In this document: positions 25,701-39,700 of the stretch, in pieces | How positions within the stretch are numbered: the first letter of the stretch is position 1 | How the letters are laid out: each line of letters begins with the position of its first letter | Assembly: GCF_009914755.1 (NCBI RefSeq) | Contig: NC_060933.1 | DNA: 64,000 bases | Reading direction: 5' to 3' (one strand) | From: the human T2T-CHM13v2.0 reference genome, Homo sapiens | Translations under genes and position numbers: made by a program | Notes under the pieces: model-generated | The model's database searches: none | Told to the model about the DNA's origin: nothing | What the model saw: only the letters and a program-made list of their open reading frames with translations

Positions 25701-28389
25701 TCAACTTGAATGGAATGGAAAGAATGGAATCAACACGAGTGGAATGGCATGGATTGGAATGGAATGGAATGGAGTCAACCCGAGTACAGGGGAATGGAAT
25801 GGAATGAAATGCAATGGAATGGAATCATCCGTAATGGAATGGAAAGGAAAGGAATGGAATGGAATGGAATGGAATGGAATGGAATAGAATCAACTCGATT
25901 GCAATCGAATGGAATGGAATGGAATTAACCCAAATAGAATGGAATGGAATGGAATGGAACGGAACGGAACGGAATGGAATGGAATGGAATGGAATGGAAC
26001 GGAAAGGAAGGGAATGGAATGGAATAGAATGGAAAGGAATGGAATCAACGCGAGTGCAGGGGAATGGAATGGAATGGAATGCAATGGAATGGAATCTTCC
26101 GGAATGGAATGGAATGGAATGGAATGGAATGGAATCAACCCGAGTGCAGTGTAATGGAGTGGAATGGAATGGAATGGAATGGAACAGCCCGAATGGAAAG
26201 GAATGTAATGGAGAGTAAGGGAGTTGAATAGAATCAATCCGAATGTAATGGAATGGAATGGAACCAACCCGTGTGCAATGGAATTGAAAGGAATGGAATG
26301 GAATGGAATGGAATGGAATGGAATGGAATGGAATGGATTCAACCCGAATGGAATGGAAAGGAAGGGAATCAACCCAAGTGGAATGGCATGGAATGGAAGG
26401 GATTGGAATGGAATGGAATGGAATGGTACCGAATAGAATGGAATGGAACGAAATGGAATGGAATGGAATGGAATGGAATGGAATGAACCCGTGTGCAATG
26501 GATTGGAATGGAATGGAATGGAATGAAATGTAATGGAATGGGTTCGACTGGAATGGAACGGAATGGAATGAAATCAACCCGAGTGGAATGGCATGGAATG
26601 GAATGGAATGGAATGGAATGGAATGGAATGGAATGGAATGGAAACAACACGAGTGCAATGTAATGGAATTGAATGGAATGGAATGGAATGGATTCAACCC
26701 GAATGGAATGGAAACGAATGGAATAAAACCGAGTGGAATGGCATGGAATGGAGTCTAATGGAATGGAATGGAATGGAATGGTATGGAATAGAATGGAATG
26801 GAACGAAATGGAATGGAATGGAATGGAATGAAATGAACCCGTGTGCAATGGAATGGAATGGAATGGAATGGAATGGAATGGAATGGATTCAACTCGAATG
26901 GAATGGAAAGGAATGGAATCAACCCGAGTGGAATGGCATGGAATGGAATGGAATGGAATGGAATGGAATGGAATGGAATTAACCCTAATAGAATGGAATG
27001 GAATGGAATGGAATGGAATGGAATGGAATGGAATAGAAGGAAATGGAATGGAATGGAATGGAATGGAATGGAATGGAATGGTACGGAATAGAATGGAATG
27101 GAACGAAATGGAATGGAATGGAATGGAATGGAATGGAATGGAATGGAATGGAATGGAATGGAATGGAATCAACCCGAGTGCAGGGGAATGGAATGGAATG
27201 GAATGCAATGGAATGGAGTCATCCGGAATGGAACGGAATGGAATGCAATGGAATCAACCCGAGTGCAATGGAATGGAATGGAATGGAAAGGAATAGAATG
27301 GAATGGATTCAACCCGAATGGAATGGAAAGGAATGGAATCAACCCGAGAGGAATGGCATGGAATGGAATGGAATGGAATGGAGTGGAATGGTACAGAATA
27401 GAATGGAATGGAACGAAATGGAATGGAATGGAATGGAATGGAATGGAATGAAATGAACCCGTGTGCAATGGAATGGAATGGAATGGAATGGAATGGAATG
27501 GAATGGGTTCAACTCGAATGGAATGGAAAGGAATGGAATCAACCCGAGTAGAATGGCATGGAATGGAATGGAATGGAATGTAATGGAATGGAATGGAATG
27601 GTACGGAATAGAATGGAATGGAGCGAAATGGAATGGAATGGAATGGAATGGAATGGAATGGAATGGAGTGGAATGAAATCGTGTGCAATGGAATGGAATG
27701 GAATGGAATGGAATGGAATGGAATGGAGTGCAATGGAATGAAATGGAATGGAGTGGAATGGAATGGAATGGGTTCAACTCGAATGGAATGGAAAGGAATG
27801 GAATCAACCCGAGTGGAGTGTCATGGAATGGAATGGAATAGGACGGAATGGAATGGAATGGAATCATCCCGAGTGCAATGTAATGGAATCGAAAGGAATG
27901 GAATGGAATGGAATGGAATGGATTCAACCCGAATGGAATGAAAAGAAATGGAATAAACCCGAGTGGAATGGCATGGAATGGAGTGGAATTGAATGGAATG
28001 GAATGGTACAGAATAGAATGGAATGGAACGAAATGGAATGGAATAGAATGGAATGGAATGGAATGGAATGGAATGGAATGGAATAGAATGGAATCCACCC
28101 GAGTACTGGGGAATGGAATGGAATGGAATGAAATGGAATGGAATCATCCGTAATGTAATGGAAATGAATGGAATGGAATGGAATGGAATGGAATGGAATG
28201 GAATGGAATGGAATGGAATCAACTCGAATGCAGTCGAATGGAATGGAATGGAATTAACCCGAATAGAATGGAATGGAATGGAATGGAACGGAACGGAATG
28301 GAATGGAATGGAATGGAATGGAATGGAATGGAACGGAACGGAACGGAACGGAATGGAATGGAATGGAATGGAATGGAATGGAATGGAAT

Positions 28390-31300
28390 GGAATGGATTG
28401 GATTCAACCCAACTGGAATGGAAAGCAATGGAATCAACAGGAGTGGAATGGCATGGAATGGAATGGAATGAAATGGAATGGAATGGAATGGTACGGAATA
28501 GAATGGAATGGAACGAAATGGAATGGAATGGAATGGAATGGAACGGAATGGAATGGAATCAACTCGATTGCAATGTAATGTAATGTAATGGAATGTAATG
28601 GAATTAACGCGAATAGAATGGAACAGAATGGAATGGAATGGAATGGAATGGAATCAATCTGAGTGCAGGGGAATGGAATGGAATGGAATGCAATGGAATG
28701 GAATGGAATGGAATGCAATGGATTGGAATGGAATGGAATGCAATGGAATCAACTCGATTGCAATGGGATGGAATGGAATGGAATGGAATGGAATTAACCT
28801 GAACAGAATGGAATGGAATGGAACGGAACGGAACGTAATGGAATGGAATGGAATGGAATGGAATGCAATGGAATGGAATGGAATGGAATGGAATGCAATG
28901 CAATGGAATGGAATCCACCCGAGTGCAGGGGAATGGAATGGAATGGAATGCAATGGAATGGAGTCATCCGGAATGGAATGGAATGGAATGGAATGCAATG
29001 GAAAGGAATCAATCAACCCGAGTGCAATAGAATGCAGTGGAAAGGAATGGAATGGAATGGAAAGTACCCGAATGGAATGGAATGAAATGGAGTGTAAGGG
29101 AATTAAAAAGAATCAATCCGAATGTAATGGAATGGAATGGAACGGAATGGAATGGAATGGAATGGATTGGAATGGAATGGAATGGAATGAAATGGAATGG
29201 CATGGAATGGAATGGAATCAACCCGAGTGCAATGGAATGGAATGGAATGGAATGGAATGGAATGGAATGGAATGGATTCAACCCGAATGGAATGGAAAGG
29301 AATGGAATAAACCCGAGTGAAATGGCATGGAAGGGAATGGAATGGAATGGAATGGTACGGAATAGAATGGAATGGAACGAAATGGAATGGAATGGAATGG
29401 AATGGAATGGAATGGAATGGAATGGAATAGAATGGAATGAACCCGTGTGAAATGGAATGGAATGGAATGGAATGGAATGGAATTGAATGGAATGCGTTCA
29501 ACTCGAATAGAATGGAAAGGAATGGAATCAACCCGAGTGGAATGGCATGGAACGGAATGAAATGGAATGGAATGGAATGGAATGGAATGAAATGGAATGG
29601 AATGGAATGGAATGGAATGGAAGGGAATGGAATGGAATGGAATGGAATGGAATGGAATGGAATGGAATGGAAGGGAATGGAATGGAATGGAATGGAATGG
29701 AATGGAATGGAATAGAATGGAATCCACCCGAGTGCAGGGGAATGGAATGGAATGGAATGCAATGGAATGGAATCATACGGAAGGGAATGGAATGGAATGG
29801 AATGGATTCAACCCGAATGGAATGGAACGGAATGGAATCAACCCGACTGGAATGGCATGCAATGGAGTGGAATGGAATGGAATGGAATGGTACGGAATAG
29901 AATGGAATGGAACGAAAAGGAATGGAATGGAATGGAATGGAATGGAATCAACCTGAGTGCAATGGAATGGACTGGAATGGAATGGAATGGAATGGAAACA
30001 ACCCGAATGGAATAGAACGTAATGGAGTGTAAGGGAATTGAGTACAATCAATCCGAATGTAATGGAATGGAATGGAACGGAATGGAATGGAATGGAATGG
30101 AATGGAATGCAGTGGAATGGAATCATACCTAGTGCAATGGAATGGAATGGAATGGAATGGAATGGAATGGAATGGAATGGAATGAAATGGATTGGATTCA
30201 ACCCAACTGGAATGGAAAGCAATGGAATCAACAGGAGTGGAATGGCATGGAATGGAATGGAATGAAATGCAATGGAATGGAATGGTACGGAATAGAATGG
30301 AATGGAACGAAATGGAATGGAATGGAATGGAATGGAACGGAATGGAATGGAATCAACTCGATTGCAATGTAATGTAATGTAATGGAATGGAATGGAATTA
30401 ACGCGAATAGAATGGAACAGAATGGAATGGAATGGAATGGAATGGAATCAATCTGAGTGCAGGGGAATGGAATGGAATGGAATGCAATGGAATGGAATGG
30501 AATGGAATGCAATGGAATCAACTCGATTGCAATGGGATGGAATGGAATGGAATGGAATGGAATTAACCTGAACAGAATGGAATGGAATGGAATGGAACGG
30601 AACGTAATGGAATGGAATGGAATGGAATGGAATGGAATGGAATGGAATGCAATGCAATGGAATGGGATCAACCCGAGTGCAGGGGAATGGAATGGAATGG
30701 AATGCAATGGAATGGAGTCATCCGGAATGGAATGGAATGGAATGGAATGCAATGGAAAGGAATCAATCAACCCGAGTGCAATAGAATGCAGTGGAAAGGA
30801 ATGGAATGGAATGGAAAGTACCCGAAAGGAATGGAATGAAATGGAGTGTAAGGGAATTAAAAAGAATCAATCCGAATGTAATGGAATGGAATGGAACGGA
30901 ATGGAATGGAATGGAATGGATTGGAATGGAATGGAATGGAATGAAATGGAATGGCATGGAATGGAATGGAATCAACCCGAGTGCAATGGAATGGAATGGA
31001 ATGGAATGGAATGGAATGGAATGGATTCAACCCGAATGGAATGGAAAGGAATGGAATAAACCTGAGTGAAATGGTATGGAAGGGAATGGAATGGAATGGA
31101 ATGGTACGGAATAGAATGGAATGGAACGAAATGGAATGGAATGGAATGGAATGGAATGGAATGGAATGGAATAGAATGGAATGAACCCGTGTGAAATGCA
31201 ATGGAATGGAATGGAATGCAATGGAATGGAATGGGTTCAACTCGAATAGAATGGAAAGGAATGGAATCAAACCGAGTGGAATGGCATGGAACGGAATGAA

Positions 31301-33090
31301 ATGGAATGGAATGGAATGGAATGGAATGGAATGGAATGGAATGGAATGGAATGGAAGGGAATGGAATGGAATGGAATGGAATGGAATTAACCCGAATGGA
31401 ATGGAATGGAATGGAATGGTACGGAATAGAATGAAATGGAACGAAATGGAATGGAATGGAATGGAATGGAACAGAATGGAATGGAATCAACTCGATTGCA
31501 ATGTAATGTAATGGAATGGAATGGAATGGAATTAACTCGAATAGAATGGAACAGAATGGAATGGAATGGAATGGAATCAATCTGAGTGCAGGGGAATGGA
31601 ATGGAATGGAATGCAATGGAATGGAATGGAATGGAATGCAATGGAATCAACTCGATTGCAATGGGATTGAATGGAATGGAAAGGAATGGAATTAACCTGA
31701 ACAGAATGGAATGGAATGGAATGGAAAGGAACGGAACGGAATGGAATGGAATGGAATGGAATGGAATGGAATGGAATGGAATGGAATGCAATGCAATGGA
31801 ATGGGATCAACCCGAGTGCAGGGGAATGGAATGGAATGGAATGCAATGGAATGGAGTCATCCGGAATGGAATGAAATGGAATGGAATGCAATGGAAAGGA
31901 ATCAATCAACCCGAGTGCAATAGAATGCAGTGGAAAGGAATGGAATGGAATGGAAAGTACCCGAATGGAATGGAATGAAATGGAGTGTAAGGGAATTAAA
32001 AAGAATCAATCCGAATGTAATGGAATGGAATGGAACGGAATGGAATTGAATGGAATGGAATCAACTCGATATCAATGGAATGGAATGGAAAGGAATGGAA
32101 TGGAATGAAAGGGAATGAATTGGAATGGAATGAAATTAACCCGAACAGAATGGATTGGAATGGAATGGAATGGAATGGAATGGAATAGAATGGAATCAAG
32201 CCGAGTGCAGGGGAATGGAAAGGAATGGAATGCAATGGAATGGAATCATACGGATTGGAATGGAATGGAATGGAATGGAATGGATTCAACCCGAATGGAA
32301 TGGAAAGGAATGGAATCAACCCGAGTGGAATGGCATGGAATGGAGTGGAATGGAATGGAATGGAATGGTATGGAATAGAATGGAATGGAACGAAGTGGAA
32401 TGGAATGGAATGGAATGGAACGGAATGGAATGGAATGGAATGGAATCAACCTGAGTGCAATGGAATGGAGTGGAATGGAATGTAATAGAATGGAAACAGC
32501 CAGAATGGAATGGAATGTAATGGAGTGTAAGGGAATTGAGTGCCATCAATCCGAATGTAATGGAATGGAATGGAACGGAATGGAATGGAAAGGAATGCAG
32601 TGGAATGGAATCATACCTAGTGCAATGGAATGGAATGGAATGGAATGGAAGGGAATGGAATGGATTGGATTCAACCCAAATGGAATGGAAAGGAATGGAA
32701 TCAACCCGAGTGGAATGGCATGGAATGGAATGGAATGAAATGGAATGGAATGGAATGGTACGGAATAGAATGGAATGGAACGAAATGGAATGGAATGGAA
32801 TGGAATGGAACGGAATGGAATGGAATCAACTCGATTGCAATGTAATGTAATGGAATGGAACGGAATGGAATTAAGGCGAATAGAATGGAACGGAATGGAA
32901 TGGAATGGAATGGAAAGGAATCAACTCGATTGAAATGGAATGGAATGGAATGGAATGGAATGGAATGGAATGGAATGGAATGGAATGGAATTAACCCTAA
33001 TAAAATGGAATGGAATGGAATGGAATGCAATGGAATGGAAGGGAATGGAATGGAATGGAATGGAATGGAATGGAATGGAATGGAATGGAA
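28390..33090 (+). repeat. Segment duplicated at ~59305-64000 (offset ~30.9 kb); contains two ~1.8 kb units
   Basis: CAACCCAACTGG at 28405 and 30199 vs 59319 and 61078. GTACCCGAAAGG, TTAACTCGAATAG, CAACTCGATATCAAT, GAAAGGGAATGAATTGG, CATACGGATTGG and TTAAGGCGAATAG were each seen once in each copy. Confidence 0.92.
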
Positions 33091-36000
33091 TTAACCCGAA
33101 TAGAATGGAATGGAATGGAATGGAATGGAATGGAATGGAATAGAATGGAATCAACTCGATTTCAATGGAATGGAATGGAAAGGAATGGAATGGAATGAAA
33201 GGTAATGGAATGGAATGGAATGAAATTAACCCGAATAGAATGGAATGGAAAGGAATGGAATGGAATGGAATGGAATGGAATGGAATGGAATGGAATAGAA
33301 TGGAATCCACCCGAGTGCAGGGGAATGGAATGGAATGGAATGCAATGGAATGGAATGCAATGGAATGGAATGGAATGGAATAGAATGGAATGGAATGGAA
33401 TGGAATGGATTCAACCCGAATGGAATCAACCAGAGTGGAATGGCATGGAATGGAGTGGAATGGAATGAAATGGAATGGAATGGAATCAACCTGAGTGCAA
33501 TGAAATGGATTGGAATGGAATGTAATGGAATGGAAACAACCCGAATGGAATAGAATGTAATGCAGTGTAAGGGAATTGAGTACAATCAATCCGAATGTAA
33601 TGGAATGGAACGGAACGGAATGGAATGGAATGGAATGGAATGGAATGCAGTGGAATGGAATCATACCTAGTGCAATGGAGTGGAATGGAATGGAATGGAA
33701 TGGAATGGAATGGAATGGAATGGAATGGAATAGATTGGATTCAACCCAAATGGAATGGAAAGAAATGGAATCAACCCGAGTGGAATGGCATGGAATGGAA
33801 TGGAATGAAAAGGAATGGAATGGAATGGTACGGAATAGAATGGAATGGAACGAAATGGAATGGAATGGAATGGAATGGAACGGAATGGAATGGAATCAAC
33901 TCGATTGCAATGTAATGGAATGTAATGGAATGGAATGGAATTAACGCGAATAGAATGGAACGGAATGGAATGGAATGGAATGGAATGGAATCAATCTGAG
34001 TGCAGGGGAATGGAATGGATAGGAATGCAATGGAATGGAAGGGAATGGAATGCAATGGAATCAACTCGATTGCAATGGGATGGAATGGAATGGAATGGAA
34101 TGGAATTAACCTGAACAGAATGGAAGGGAATGGAATGGAATGAAATGGAATGGAATAGAATGGAATGGAACTTAATGGAATGGAATGGAATGGAATGGAA
34201 TGGAATGGAATGGAATGGAATGAACCCGTGTGCAATGGAATGGAATGGAATGGAATGGAATGGAATGGAATGGGTTCAACTCGAATAGAATGGAAAGGAA
34301 TGGAATCAACCGGAGTGGAATGGCATGGAACGGAATGAAATGGAATGGAATGGAATGGAATGGAAAGAAATGGAATGGAATGGAATGGAATGGAATGAAA
34401 TGGAATGGAATGGAATGGAATGAAATGGAATGGAATGGAATGGAATTTAATCAACTCGAGTGCAATGTAATGGAATGGAATGGAATGGAATGGAATGGAA
34501 TGGAATGGAATGGAATGGATTCAACCCGAATGGAATGGAAAGGAATGGAATAAACCCGAGTGGAATGGCACGGAATGGAGTGGAATGGAATGGAATGGAA
34601 TGGAATGGTACGGAAGAGAATGGAATGGAACGAAATGGAATGGAATGGAATTGAATGCAATTTAATGGAATGGAATGGAATGGAATGGATTCAACACGAA
34701 TGGAATGGAAAGGAATGGAATCAACCCGAGTGGAATGGCATGGAATGGAATGGAATCAACGCGAGTGCAGCGGAATGGAATGGAATGGAATGCAATGGAA
34801 TGGAATCTTCCGGAATGGAATAGAATGGAATGGAATGGAATGGAATGGAATCAACTCGATTGTAATGGATTGGAATGGAATGGAATGGAATGGAATGGAA
34901 TTAACCCGAATACAATGGAATGGAATGGAATGGAACGGAATGGAGTGGAATGGAAAGGAATGCAACGGAATGGAGTGGAATGGAATGGAATCAACCAGAG
35001 TGCAGTGGAATGGAATGGAATGGAATGCAATGGAATGGAATTATCTGCAATGGAATGGAATGGAATGGAATGCAAAGCAATGGAATCAACTCGATTGCAA
35101 TGGAATGGAATGGAATGGAAAGGAATACAATGGAATCAACCCGAGTGGAATGGAATGGAAAGGACTGGAATGGAGTGCAATGGAGTGGAATGGAATGGAA
35201 TGGAATGGAATCAACTCGATTGGAATGGAATGGAATGGAATGGAATGGAATGGAATGGAATTAACCCGACTAGAATGGAATGGAATGGAATGGAATGGAA
35301 TGGAATGGAATGGAAGGGAATGGAATGGAATGGAATCAACCCGACTGCAGGGGAATGGAATGGAATGGAATGCAAAGGAATGGATTCAACTTGAATGGAA
35401 TAGAAAGAATGGAATCAACACGAGTGGAATGGCATGGATTAGAATGGAATGGAATGGAATCAACCCGAGTACAGGGGAATGGAATGGAATGGAATGCAAT
35501 GGAATGGAATCATCCGTAATGGAATGGAAAGGAAAGGAATGGAATGGAATGGAATGGAATGGAATGGAATGGAATGGAATCAACTCGATTGCAATCGAAT
35601 GGAATGGAATGGAAATAACCCGAATAGAATGGAATGGAATGGAATGGAACGGAACGGAACGGAATGGAATGGAATGGAATGGAATGGAATGGAATGGAAC
35701 GAAAAGGAATGGAATGGAGTGGAATGGAATGGAATGGAATGGAATGGAATGGAACGAAAAGGAATGGAATGGAGTGGAATGGAATGGAATGGAATGGAAT
35801 GGAATGGAATGGAATCAACGCGAGTGCAGGGGAATGGAATGGAATGGAATGCAATGGAATGGAATCTTCCGGAATGGAATAGAATGGAATGGAATGGAAT
35901 GGAATGGAATCAACCCGAGTGCAATGGAATGGAGTGGAATGGAATGGAATGGAATGGAACAACCCGAATGGAATGGAATGTAATGGAGAGTAAGGGAGTT

Positions 36001-36779
36001 GAATAGAATCAATCCGAATGTAATGGAATGGAATGGAACGGAATGGAATTGAATGGAATGGAATGGAATGCAATGGAATGGAATCAACCCGAGCGCAATG
36101 GAATGTAGACGAATGGAATGGAATGGAATGGAAACTACCCGAATGTAATGGAATGTAATGGAGAGTAAGGGAATTGAATAGAATCAATCCGAATGTAATG
36201 GAATGGAATGGAACGGAATGGAATGGAATGGAATGGAATGCAATGGAATGGAATCAACCCGAGTGCAATCGAATGGAATCGAATGGAATGGAATGCAATG
36301 GAATGGATTCAACTTGAATGGAATGGAAAGAATGGAATCAACACGAGTGGAATGGCATGGATTGTAATGGAATGGAATGGAATCAACCCGAGTACAGGGG
36401 AATGGAATGGAATGGAATGCAATGGAATGGAATCATCCGTAATGGAATGGAAAGGAATGGAATGGTATGGAATGGAATGGAATGGAATGGAATGGAATGG
36501 AATCAACTCGATTGCAATCAAATGGAATGAACGGAATTAACCCGAATAGAATGGAATGGAATGGAATGGAATGGAATGGAATGCAATGCAATGGATTCAA
36601 CTCGATTGCAATGGAATGGAATAGAATGGAATGGAATGGAATGGAATGGAATTAAGTCGAATAGAATGGAATGGAATGGAATGGAACGGAATGGAATGCA
36701 ATGGAATGGAATGGAATGGAACGGAACGGAACGGAACGGAACGGAATGGAATGGAATGGAATGGAATGGAATGGAATGC

Positions 36780-39700
36780 AATGGAATGGAATCTTCCGGA
36801 ATGGAATGGAATGGAATGAAATGCAATAGATTCAACTCGATTGCAATGGAATGGAATAGAATGGAATGGAATGGAATGGAATTAACCCGAATAGAATGGA
36901 ATGGAATGGAATGGAACGAAATGGAACGGAATGGAATGGAATGGAATGGAATGGAATGGTATGGAATGGAATGGAATGGTACGGAATAGAATGGAATGGA
37001 AGGAATTGTAATGGAATGGAATTGAATGGAATGGAATGGAATGGAATGGAATCAACGCGAGTGCAGGGGAATGTAATGGAACGGAATGCAATGGAATGGA
37101 AACATCCGGAATGGAATGGAATGGAATGGAATGGAATCAACCCGAGTGCAATGGAATGGAGTGGAATGGAATGGAATGCAATGGAACAACCCGAATGGAA
37201 TGGAATGTAATGGAGAGTAAGGGAGTTGAATACAATCAATCCGAATGTAATGGAATGGAATGCAACGGAATGGAATAGAATGGAATGCAATGGAATGGAA
37301 TCAACGCGAGTACAATGGAATGGAATGGAATGGAATGGAATGGAATGGAATGGAATGGAATGGAATGCCTTCAAACCGAATGGAATGGAAAGGAATGGAA
37401 TCAACACGAGTGGAATGGAATGGAATGGAATGGAATGGAATTGAATGGAATGGAATGGAAAGGTACGGAATAGAATGGAATGGAACGAAATGGAATGGAA
37501 TGGAATGGAATAGAATGGAATGGAATGGAATGGAATGCAATGGAATGGAATCGTTCCGAGTGGAATAAGAGGGAATGTATTCGAGTGGAATGGAAAGGAA
37601 TGGAATCAACCAGAGTGGAATGGAAGGGAATGGAAAGGAATGGAAACTAATAGAATGGAATCAACCCGAGTGGAATGGAATGGAAAGGACTGGAATGGAA
37701 TTGAATGGAATGGAATGGAATCAACTCGATTGTAATGGAATGGAATGGAATGGAATGGAATGGAATGCAAAGGAATGGAATTAACCCGAATACAATGGAA
37801 TGGAATGGAATGGAACGGAATGGAGTGGAACCGAATGGAATCAACCCGAGTGCAGGGGAATGGAATGGAATGGAATGCAATGGAATGGAATCATCCGGAA
37901 TGGAATGGAATGGAATGGAATGCAAAGCAATGGAATCAACTCGATTGCAATGGAATGGAATGGAATGGAATGGAAAGGAATACAACGGAATCAACCCGAG
38001 TGGAATGGAATGGAAAGGACTGGAATGGAGTGGAATGGAATGGAATGGAATGGAATGGAATCAACTCGATTGGAATGGAATGGAATGGAATGGAATGGAA
38101 TTAACCCGAATAGAATGGAATGGAATGGAAAGGAACGGAAAGGAACGGAATGGAATGGAATGGAATGGAATGGAATGGAATGGAATCAACCCGACTGCAG
38201 GGGAATGAAATGGAATGGAATGCAATGGAATGGATTCAACTTGAATGGAATGGAAAGAATGGAATCAACACGAGTGGAATGGCATGGATTGGAATGGAAT
38301 GGAATGGAATCAACCCGAGTACAGGGGAATGGAATGGAATGGAATGCAATGGAATGGAATCATCCGTAATGGAATGGAAAGGAATGGAATGGAATGGAAT
38401 GGAATGGAATGGAATGGAATCAATTCGATTGCAATCGAATGGAATGGAATGGAAATAACCCGAATAGAATGGAATGGAATGGAATGGAACGGAACGGAAC
38501 GGAATGGAATGGAATGGAATGGAATGGAATCAACGCGAGTGCAGGGGAATGGAATGGAATGGAATGCAATGGAATGGAATCTTCCGGAATGGAATGGAAT
38601 GGAATGGAATGGAATGCAATGCAATGGATTCAACTCGATTGCAATGGAATGGAATAGAATGGAATGGAATGGAATGGAATGGAAAGTAATTAACCCGAAT
38701 AGAATGGAATGGAATGGAATGGAACGGAATGGAACGGAATGGAATGGAATGCAATGGAATGGAATGGAATGGTATAGAATGGAATGGAATGGTATGGAAT
38801 AGAATGGAATGGAACGAATTGTAATGGAATGGAATTCAATGGAATGGAATGGAATGGAATGGAATCAACGCGAGTGCAGGGGAATGTAATGGAACGGAAT
38901 GCAATGGAATGGAATCATCCGGAATGGAATGGAATGGAATGGAATGGAATCAACCCGAGTGCAATGGAATGGAGTGGAATGGAATGGAATGGAATGGAAT
39001 CTACGCGAGTGCAGGGGAATGGAATGGAATGGAATGCAATGGAATGGAATCTTCCGGAATGGAATGGAATGGAATGCAATGGAATGGAATGGAATGGAAT
39101 CAACCCGAGTGCAATGGAATGGAGTGGAATGGAATGGAACAACCCGAATGGAATGGAATGTAATGGAGAGTAAGGGTGTTGAATAGAATCAATCTGAATG
39201 TAATGGAATGGAATGCAACGGAATGGAATGGAATGGAATGGAATGGAATGGAATGGAATGGAATGGAATTGAATGGAATGGAATGCCTTCAAACCGAATA
39301 GAATGGAAAGGAATGGAATCAACACGAGTGGAATGGAATGGAATGGAAAGAAATGGAATGGAATGGAATGGAATGGTACGGAATAGAATGGAATGGAACG
39401 AAATGGAATGGAATGGAATGGAATGGAATGGAATGGAATGGAATGGAATGGAATCGTTCCGAGTGGAATAGGAGGGAATGTATTCGAGTGCAATGGAAAG
39501 GAATGGAATCAAGCAGAGTGGAATGGAAGGGAATGGAATGGAATGGAAACTAATAGAATGGAATCAACCCGAGTGGAATGGAATGGAAAGGACTGGAATG
39601 GAATAGAATGGAATGGAATGGAATGGTATGGAATGGAATGGAATGAAATGGAATAGAATGGAATGGAATCAACTCGATTGTAGTGGAATGGAATGGAATG

